DNA of 60,261 nucleotides from Vulcanimicrobiota bacterium (GTDB lineage Bacteria > Vulcanimicrobiota > Vulcanimicrobiia > Vulcanimicrobiales > Vulcanimicrobiaceae). The notes under the pieces were generated by a model, which did no database searches, was not told the origin of the DNA, and worked only from the letters and a program-made list of their open reading frames with translations. This document shows positions 49,375-56,372 of the stretch, piece by piece. The DNA lies in contig PLCF01000025.1 of the NCBI GenBank assembly GCA_003135555.1, positions 45,312 through 105,572 on the forward strand, in the 5' to 3' direction. Position numbers and translations under genes: made by a program. Numbering within the stretch: position 1 is the stretch's first letter; the number at the start of each line of letters is the position of its first letter.

Positions 49375-50123
49375 GACGCACGAACATCTTCGCATTGCTC
49401 GCGCTCGCCGTGCTGGCCGCCCTGGCGGTCGTCTCGCAAGCTGACGCGCTGCAGGCCCAAAAGGCGTACAAGGAGATGGTCGTCACGATCATCGTGACGC
49501 CCAGCCCGGCGCCGGTCGGCTTCTTGCGGCCCGCGGCGCCCGCCGCCGCGCCCGCCGCAGCCGTGGCGCAGTTCGCGCGACTCGTCGCCGATCCGTTCGC
49601 CGGGCCGGCGCAGATCGCGTCGTCGCCGAGCGCGTGGGATGTTGCTCCCGGCGTGACGGTCGCGCAGGCGAGCGCGCAGCCGCCGCCCGTGCCGGTGCAG
49701 TTCGTCGCCAAGCCCGATCCCAATGCGGCGTTCATCCACATCGTGCCGCACACCCCGACGCTCTATGCGCCGTACGGGATCACCACCTTTACCTGCGTGT
49801 TCGAGGTCTACACCTTCTACACGAACACCTACAATCTGACCGATTGGGGCTACGGCACGTCCAAGACGTCGGGCTCGGGCAGCGGCACCTTCCCGATCGA
49901 GAACTACTCGATGGTGAGCTACCTGTCGTGGGCGGTGCCGGACTTCTCGCCGACGTTCCGGCCGTACAACAACGCCGGCCCGCCGGGCGAGACGACCTGG
50001 TCGGGCGCCAAGGGCCAGGCGCAGCAGCACTGCGTCGACCTCACGCTCAACGTTCCGAACAGCCAACCCGCCGGGACCTACACGGCGACGGTCCAGTACA
50101 ACCTCTACGTCACCTTGCCGTAG
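49371..50123 (+). CDS. Putative minor pilin
   Basis: TTGA overlap; signal peptide; C-terminus LNVPNSQPAGTYTATVQYNL typical of pilin-like final strands. Confidence 0.65.
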   Translation: MRRTNIFALLALAVLAALAVVSQADALQAQKAYKEMVVTIIVTPSPAPVGFLRPAAPAAAPAAAVAQFARLVADPFAGPAQIASSPSAWDVAPGVTVAQASAQPPPVPVQFVAKPDPNAAFIHIVPHTPTLYAPYGITTFTCVFEVYTFYTNTYNLTDWGYGTSKTSGSGSGTFPIENYSMVSYLSWAVPDFSPTFRPYNNAGPPGETTWSGAKGQAQQHCVDLTLNVPNSQPAGTYTATVQYNLYVTLP

Positions 50124-50136
50124 TGGTGTCCCACGT

Positions 50137-50610
50137 TCACTCGTCGCGGCGGGCCGCCGCCAGCACGAGCGCGACGAGGATGAGGATCGCCACGCCGCTG
50201 TAGAGGCGCGTCGAGCGCTGGTGCAGCGCAAGAAAAGCCGGGTCGTGCAGGTTGGTGGTCGTTTCCATGAGCGGGACGACGGCGCGTTGCTCGTAGGTTG
50301 CCAGGCCGAGCGCCACGGCGACGAGCGCCGCACGCACGAGGTCCCACGTCCGGTCGCCGGCCGTTGCGGCACGCAGCAGTGCCGCCACGATCGCGATCGC
50401 TCCGAGCACGTAGCCCCAGGACGTCAGGTGGCCGAGCGAGCCGGCCGTAAGGGCCGCAAAGCGGCGCATGTCCAGCAGCGCCAGCGCACGGAAGGTCAGC
50501 GGCGCCGAGATGAACGCGAAGCCGGCCAGCGCGCCGAGCCAGATCCCGAGCGCCGGAATCTCGATCGCCGCGAGGACGCGGTCGCGCTGTCCGGAACGCC
50601 TGCTCCTCAT
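50137..50610 (-). CDS. DUF4149/TMEM205-like membrane protein
   Basis: GIWLG..FISAPLTF, FLALHQRST, four hydrophobic helices; exact start uncertain. Confidence 0.75.
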   Translation of the reverse strand: MRSRRSGQRDRVLAAIEIPALGIWLGALAGFAFISAPLTFRALALLDMRRFAALTAGSLGHLTSWGYVLGAIAIVAALLRAATAGDRTWDLVRAALVAVALGLATYEQRAVVPLMETTTNLHDPAFLALHQRSTRLYSGVAILILVALVLAAARRDE

Positions 50611-50637
50611 CGCCCCGCTCTTCAGAGGAGACGCTCG

Positions 50638-51399
50638 TTGGACCCGCTCGCGTTCATCACCGCGCTCGCTCGCGACGCCGGCGCGCTCTTGTGCGAGCGG
50701 CTCGACGAGGTGCGCGAGGTAACCGAGAAGCGGCCGCACGACCTGGTGACCGATGCCGATCGCGCCGCCGAGGCGCTGATCCTGCGCGGTATTCGGGCGG
50801 CCTTTCCGAGCGCCGCGATCCTGGGCGAGGAGAGCGGGGCCCATGCCGGCAGCGGGGACGAGCGCTTTATCGTCGACCCGCTCGACGGCACCACCAACTA
50901 CGCCCACCGCTATCCGGTGTTCTGCGTCTCGATCGCCTACGAGCGCGCCGGCCGCGTCGAGGCCGGCGCGATTTACGCGCCGATGCTCGACGAGCTGTTC
51001 GCGGCACGGCGGGGCGGCGGCGCTACTCGCAACGGCGAGCCGGTGCGCGTTTCGGCGGTCGCGTCGGTCTCCGCCGCGCTGGTGTGCACCGGGTTCAACC
51101 CGGCCGGCTACGCGCGCAACGGGAAGTACTTCGCGCACCTCTCGGATCGTGCGCAAGGTGTGCGGCGCGACGGCAGCGCGGCGCTCGACCTCGCGTACGT
51201 CGCCGCCGGGCGCTTCGACGCGTTTTGGGAGTGGGACCTCAAGCCGTGGGACGTCGCAGCGGGCGCGCTGCTCATCGAGGAGGCGGGCGGCCGCGCCGGC
51301 GCGATCGCGGGTGGTCCGCTGGCGCTGAGCGGCGGTTCGATTCTGGCCTCGAACGGCGCGCTGCACGCCGAGATGGAACGCCTGCTGGCCGAGGTCTGA
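50638..51399 (+). CDS. suhB: Inositol monophosphatase family protein
   Basis: DLVTDAD, LGEE, VDPLDGTTNY, GSAALDLAYVA, KPWDVAAG; TTG start after AGAGGAG. Confidence 0.92.
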   Translation: MDPLAFITALARDAGALLCERLDEVREVTEKRPHDLVTDADRAAEALILRGIRAAFPSAAILGEESGAHAGSGDERFIVDPLDGTTNYAHRYPVFCVSIAYERAGRVEAGAIYAPMLDELFAARRGGGATRNGEPVRVSAVASVSAALVCTGFNPAGYARNGKYFAHLSDRAQGVRRDGSAALDLAYVAAGRFDAFWEWDLKPWDVAAGALLIEEAGGRAGAIAGGPLALSGGSILASNGALHAEMERLLAEV

Positions 51400-51445
51400 C
51401 CGCGGCAGAAGGGAACCGTCGCGCGCCTCCGCCACTCACAGCCCA

Positions 51446-51814
51446 ATGGAACCCACCGAGGACATGGTCGTCGTCTCGCGCGCGTCGCTCGAGCAACTGC
51501 AACGCCAGATCGACAGCTTGCCCGACGTGTTCGCTAAAACGACGCAAGAGCTCGGGCGTGCGCTCTCGGCGCGGTTGTCGACGGCGTTGGATGAGCTCGC
51601 GGCGCAACTGGGCGAGACGACCGATGATGCTTTGCGGGCCATTCGCGATGCGATTCCAGTGGTTGTTGCGCAGTATGCGCCTGAGATCGAGCCGGTGGTG
51701 CTCGATGCGATTACCGAGGCGATCTATGCGCGGGCTGCGGAGCGGTTTGCTACCTTGCATGCGGCGCAGAGAATTTTGCGCGAGCGGTTTGCGGAGCAGT
51801 CGCCACAGGAGTAG
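51446..51814 (+). CDS. Hypothetical helical protein
   Basis: 122-aa ORF with coiled-coil-like composition. Confidence 0.6.
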   Translation: MEPTEDMVVVSRASLEQLQRQIDSLPDVFAKTTQELGRALSARLSTALDELAAQLGETTDDALRAIRDAIPVVVAQYAPEIEPVVLDAITEAIYARAAERFATLHAAQRILRERFAEQSPQE

Positions 51815-51837
51815 CCGTTGTTGGGATGGTGGCGCGG

Positions 51838-51977
51838 TGGCGGGGCGGGACATCGTCGCACCGGGGACGCTCCCTGCGCGCATCCTGCGCTCCAGTCGCT
51901 CCGCGCTCAGGCGCTCTCGGCCTTCCGGGCCTTCGCGCCTTCGCGAGGCCCCTGCGCGCCGACGTCCCGCCCCGCCA
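51838..51977. repeat. 140-bp element bounded by 14-bp perfect inverted repeats (REP/MITE-like)
   Basis: TGGCGGGGCGGGAC (51838-51851) / GTCCCGCCCCGCCA (51964-51977); internal CGCTC x5 and GCCTTC x3. Confidence 0.6.
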
Positions 51978-52074
51978 TCTTCGGCCATCGTTGCACTCGG
52001 CGGATTGTGGCGGGTTTGCGCGTGGGGGTGGGTGTGGGGGATGGTGGAGTTGCCGTGTACGGGCGAGACTTCTG

Positions 52075-52121
52075 TGTCACCCTGACGGAGTCACGTGCGC
52101 GTGAGCCCCGTCGAAGGGTGA
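52075..52121 (+). repeat. Extended copy of the CCCTGA...GTCGAAGGG repeat
   Basis: TGTCACCCTGA...GAGCCCCGTCGAAGGGTGA with TCACCCT/AGGGTGA arms. Confidence 0.55.
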
Positions 52122-52141
52122 TCGTTAGCAGGTCGGCGTGC

Positions 52142-53284
52142 CTAGTGGGTGAGGGTGTCCATGGTTTTTAGGAAGTGGTCGATTTCTTCGTCGGTGGTGT
52201 AGAGGTGGGGGCTGATTCTTAGGCCGCAGCCGGGGCGGTAGTCGACGAAGATGCGGCGTTCGATGAGGGCGTGCAGGATGCGCTCGGCGTCGGGGACGTC
52301 GATGCCGACCCAGCCGGTGCGCTGCGCGGCGGCGTGGGGCGTGCTGACGCGCCAGCCGCGTTCGAGTGCGGACTCGGTGAGCCGCGTCGTAAGTCGCACG
52401 TTGTGCTCGCGGATTGCGGGGACGCCGAACTCGCGAATGATGTCGTGGCCGGCCTTGGCAACCACGTAGCCGGGGATCGTCGGCGTGCCGGTCGCCCAGC
52501 GCAGTTGGTCGGTCGCGTAGTCGATCGGCGGCGGCTCGAACGCGAACGGTTCGCGGTGCGCGAACCAGCCGGTGACCATCGGCGCGAAGGCCGTGCGCAG
52601 CGACGGCCGCAGGTACATCCAGCCGCAGCCCGGTCCGCCGCACAGCCATTTGTGCGACCCGCCGACCACGACGTCGAGGTCGAGCGCGACCACGTCGTAG
52701 GGATACGTTCCGGTCGTCTGATAGGCATCGAGCACGACGAGCGCGCCGAGCTCGTGGGCGCGCGCGACGATCGCCGGAACGTCGATGAGCACGCCGCTCT
52801 GATAGTAGGCGTGCGAGAGCACGACGAGCGCCGTGCGTTCGGTGATCGCCGAGCAGATGCGGTCGGTGGGGATCGTGCGGCCGTCGTCGGTCGGGACGCG
52901 AATCGCCTTCGCGCCCGCGCGCTCCCAGGCGGTCCAGACGTAGGCCAGCGACGGGAACTGCAGCGCCTCGTAGACGATCTCGTTGCGATCTCCCCGCAGA
53001 TCCAGCGCCGATGCGAGCGCCGATTGGAGCAGGCTGACGTTGGGCGCGAGCGCGACCGAGGCGCCGGGCGCGCCGATGATCGCGCCGATCCCGTCGCCGA
53101 TGGCGCGCACTTCGTCGAGCCAGCCCGGCCAGGCGCCCTCGGGGCCGCCGGCCGCCCACTGCTCGTAATAGCGTATCAACGCGTCGCGCGCGGCGAGCGG
53201 CGGCGCGCTCATCGAATGCGAGACGAGCCACGTGTTGACGTCGAGTCCCGCGAAGCGGTCTCGCGCGGCTTGCGGCAGGCTCAT
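52142..53284 (-). CDS. kynU: Kynureninase
   Basis: LDAYQTTG, GGSHKWLCGGPG, TGWFAH, GTPTI; ATGA-coupled to kynA. Confidence 0.82.
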   Translation of the reverse strand: MSLPQAARDRFAGLDVNTWLVSHSMSAPPLAARDALIRYYEQWAAGGPEGAWPGWLDEVRAIGDGIGAIIGAPGASVALAPNVSLLQSALASALDLRGDRNEIVYEALQFPSLAYVWTAWERAGAKAIRVPTDDGRTIPTDRICSAITERTALVVLSHAYYQSGVLIDVPAIVARAHELGALVVLDAYQTTGTYPYDVVALDLDVVVGGSHKWLCGGPGCGWMYLRPSLRTAFAPMVTGWFAHREPFAFEPPPIDYATDQLRWATGTPTIPGYVVAKAGHDIIREFGVPAIREHNVRLTTRLTESALERGWRVSTPHAAAQRTGWVGIDVPDAERILHALIERRIFVDYRPGCGLRISPHLYTTDEEIDHFLKTMDTLTH

Positions 53285-54081
53285 GACCCGTCCGGCGCTC
53301 CGGCGCCGTACGGGCCGCCGAGCAGGGTGCGCACTTCCCACAACTCGGGGAAGAAGCGGCGCTGCAGCGTCGTTTGGAGGTACGGGACGCCGAGCGAGCC
53401 GCCGGTGCCGGGCTTCATCCCGATCATCCGTTCCACCATGGCGATGTGGCGACCGCGCCACAGCAGCACCCGTTCGTCGAACTCGATCAAGTCCTCGAGC
53501 AGCAGATAGGCGGCGTAGTGCTGCTGGTCGTTCTCGTAGACGGTGCGAAACGTGGCCAGAATCGCGTCGTGTGACGAGACGTCGAACCCGCGCCGGGTGA
53601 GGTAGCCCTTGAGCGCGTCGTAGAGCGTCGGCTCGCGCAGGCGGCGGTCGACCCGCGCGCGCTCGTCGGCGGTGAGGGCGAGGTGCGCGAGCGCTTTGTC
53701 GTTCCCGCGCAAGCCGCAGCGGAACTCGATCTCGCGAAACTGCGCCGATTGAAACCCGCTGGCCGGGTTGAGGCCTTCGCGAAACGCGTTGAAGTCCTGT
53801 GGCGTCATCGTCTCGAGTACGTCGACCTGCATCTCGAGGATGCGCTGGATCGCGTGGATGCGGCGGAACGCCTTGGCGACCTTGAGCACGTCGTCGGCGT
53901 CGAGAAAGCGCACCGCGGCGTCGAGCTCGTGCAGCGTCTGTTTGAACCACAGCTCGTAGACTTGGTGGATCAGGATGAACAGCGTCTCGTCGTGCTGCGG
54001 CGGATCGCTGAGCGGCCGCTGGAGCGAGAGCAGCTCGGGAATCTTGAGATACGACCCGTAGGTAAGCGGTGCGGTAGCCAC
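53281..54081 (-). CDS. kynA: Tryptophan 2,3-dioxygenase
   Basis: HDETLFILIHQVYELWFK, ASGFQSAQFREIEF, VERMIGMKPGTGGS. Confidence 0.95.
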   Translation of the reverse strand: MATAPLTYGSYLKIPELLSLQRPLSDPPQHDETLFILIHQVYELWFKQTLHELDAAVRFLDADDVLKVAKAFRRIHAIQRILEMQVDVLETMTPQDFNAFREGLNPASGFQSAQFREIEFRCGLRGNDKALAHLALTADERARVDRRLREPTLYDALKGYLTRRGFDVSSHDAILATFRTVYENDQQHYAAYLLLEDLIEFDERVLLWRGRHIAMVERMIGMKPGTGGSLGVPYLQTTLQRRFFPELWEVRTLLGGPYGAGAPDGS

Positions 54082-54110
54082 CCGGCAGCCTTTCGCGCCG
54101 GCTCGCGGCG

Positions 54111-55766
54111 CTACTTCGTCGCCGCCTCGGGCCGCAGGCGCCAGGCGTAGGCGTTCCACAGATGTTCGCCGGTGACCGAGGGGACGATGCCCTCGAGCCC
54201 GTCGCGGTAAGCGACCGCTTCGCGGTTGAACCCCAAGAACACCAGATACGTCTGCTCGACGAGCCGGCGGGTGAGCGCGCGGTCTCCGGCGGCTTCGCGC
54301 GCCGGGTCGGCCGCGTCGAGCTCCTCACGCGCCGCGCGCTCGATCGCGGGATCGCAGATGCCGCCGAAGTTGTCGCCGTTGGGCGGCCGCGTGTCGCAGC
54401 GGAAGAGGTAGGAGTGGTCGGCGACCGCGTTGGGCTGCCAGCCCGAGTACGTGATGTCGAAGCGCCCGGTCTGGAAGATCCCGTGGTCGGCCTTGGATGC
54501 CCAGATCAGATTGTAGTTGTACGACTTGAGGTCGATGCGGATTCCCAGTGCCGCGAGATCTTGGCGGACGAGCAGCCCGAAGCGCCCGGTCGCCTTCGAT
54601 TCCGTGGTAGCGATGAACTCGAGCGTCAGCGCGCGGCCGCCCTTGCGGCGCGTCCCGTCGCTGCCGGCGCGCCAACCGGCTGCGTCGAGCAGCTTCGCGG
54701 CGCCGGCGGGGTCGAAACGCGGCTGCACGATCGCCGCGTCGTAGGCGAACTGGCCGGGGAGCCGGTCGGTGTCGCCCGCGACCCAGAGCTCGCCGTCGAG
54801 GGTGCGCATGGCGCGCGTGCGGTCGATCCCCATCGCGATCGCGCGTCGCACGCGCACGTCGTCGAGCGGCGGATGCTGCAGGTTGAACAAGATGAAGTCG
54901 AACTCGTAGTGCGGCTGCAGGACCACGTGCGCGTCGGGTCGCGTCCGTAGCGCGTCGAGAAACGTTCGGCCCAGCTGCACGCGGCCGAAGACCAGGTCCA
55001 GGCTGCCGGTCTTCCACAGCGTCGCGAGCGTGTTGGGGTCGGGGACGATCGCGATCTCGATCCGCCCGATCGCCGGCGCGCCGCGAAAGTAGTGCGGATC
55101 GGCGGCCAGGACGATGCGCGAGCCGCGTTCCCAGGCCGCCAGCTTGTAGGGGCCGAGTCCGATCGGAGCGGCGTTGTACGGATCGCGGTTGAGATCGTGC
55201 TTGCCGGCCAGCAGATGCGCCGGCAGGATCGGATACGGGTCGTTCGCACCCATGGTGAAGCACGACGCGACGAACGGCGAGAACGGCCGCGTCAAGCGCA
55301 CCTGCACGGTATAAGGATCCAGCGCGCGGACCGCGGCGACGTGGTCGAACCCGGTGCGGTCGGGGACCGCGTTGTTGGGGTTCATCGCCGCCGCGAACGA
55401 GAACACTACGTCCTTGGCGTCAAACGGCGCGCCGTCGTGCCAGCGCACGCCGCGCCGCAGCCGATAGGTCACCGTCCGGCCGTCCGGCGAGACCCCGCCG
55501 TTGGCGCGCGTGGGGATTTGCACGGCGAGATCGGGAACGAGCCGGCCTTCGCCGTCGGCGCGCATCAGATAGCCGTGGATCAGGGTCCCGAAATTCGAGA
55601 CCGCGGCGTTGTCGAAAACGAGCGGGTTGAAGCCCGGCAGATCGCTGCCGCTCGACGTCCGCACGACGTCGCGTGGCAACGCCGCGCCGGTCCCGGCGCG
55701 CGTGCAGCCCGGCGCGACGGTGACGAGCGCGGCGGCCAGCACGCACGCGCTACGCGCGTACCTCAC
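54111..55766 (-). CDS. Peptide/nickel ABC transporter substrate-binding lipoprotein (family 5)
   Basis: Lipobox VAPGC; LRRGVRWHDGAPFDAKDVVFS; PIGLGPYKL; DVRVRRAIAMGIDR. Confidence 0.92.
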   Translation of the reverse strand: MRYARSACVLAAALVTVAPGCTRAGTGAALPRDVVRTSSGSDLPGFNPLVFDNAAVSNFGTLIHGYLMRADGEGRLVPDLAVQIPTRANGGVSPDGRTVTYRLRRGVRWHDGAPFDAKDVVFSFAAAMNPNNAVPDRTGFDHVAAVRALDPYTVQVRLTRPFSPFVASCFTMGANDPYPILPAHLLAGKHDLNRDPYNAAPIGLGPYKLAAWERGSRIVLAADPHYFRGAPAIGRIEIAIVPDPNTLATLWKTGSLDLVFGRVQLGRTFLDALRTRPDAHVVLQPHYEFDFILFNLQHPPLDDVRVRRAIAMGIDRTRAMRTLDGELWVAGDTDRLPGQFAYDAAIVQPRFDPAGAAKLLDAAGWRAGSDGTRRKGGRALTLEFIATTESKATGRFGLLVRQDLAALGIRIDLKSYNYNLIWASKADHGIFQTGRFDITYSGWQPNAVADHSYLFRCDTRPPNGDNFGGICDPAIERAAREELDAADPAREAAGDRALTRRLVEQTYLVFLGFNREAVAYRDGLEGIVPSVTGEHLWNAYAWRLRPEAATK

Positions 55767-56296
55767 GCCGGCGCCGCGGCGAACCGCGCGTAGATCAGCT
55801 CGTCGTGAACCGCACCGTGGCGGTCGACGATGGAGTGGCGCAGCGTCGCTTCGTGGACGTACCCGGCGAGTTCGAGCACGCGTGCCGAAGCGGCGTTCGT
55901 GGACATGACGTTGGCCCACATTCGCCGCGGCCGCAAGCGGTCGGTCGCGAACACGTGCTCGGTGAGCGTCCGCAGCGCGTCACCGGCCAGACCGCGACCC
56001 CAAAAACGCTTGCCCAGCCAGTATCCGATCATCGTGCTCCCGGCGTGTTCGAGCATGCCGGGAGTCAAACCGATCCCGCCGGCCAGCTCGGCGTCGACCT
56101 CGATCGCCCAATGCAGCTGCACGTTCGCGAGCGAGTTGCCGGCGATCCAGGCTTGCGCGTCTTCACGCGTATACGGGCTCGGGAAGCGGTGGTTCATGAA
56201 GCGCGCGACGTCCGGATCGCTCGCGACGCCGGGCAGCACCCGAACGTCGTCGAGCCGCCACGGCCGCAGGGTGACCAGTTCGCCGCGGATTTCCAT
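55763..56296 (-). CDS. RimJ/RimL-type GNAT acetyltransferase
   Basis: IGYWLGKRFWGRGLA, NAASARVLELAGY. Confidence 0.9.
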   Translation of the reverse strand: MEIRGELVTLRPWRLDDVRVLPGVASDPDVARFMNHRFPSPYTREDAQAWIAGNSLANVQLHWAIEVDAELAGGIGLTPGMLEHAGSTMIGYWLGKRFWGRGLAGDALRTLTEHVFATDRLRPRRMWANVMSTNAASARVLELAGYVHEATLRHSIVDRHGAVHDELIYARFAAAPA

Positions 56297-56372
56297 GCCG
56301 CACCGCTTCGCACTGCAGGCCCGCCCGCCCCGGGGCTCAGGGCCCGCGGCCCGGCGACCGATACCGAAGGTT

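Noticed and set aside
52142..54328. 728-aa ORF suggesting a long kynU fusion
   Set aside because: Upstream part is an alternate frame over kynA; the real start is the ATG at 53284 overlapping the kynA stop
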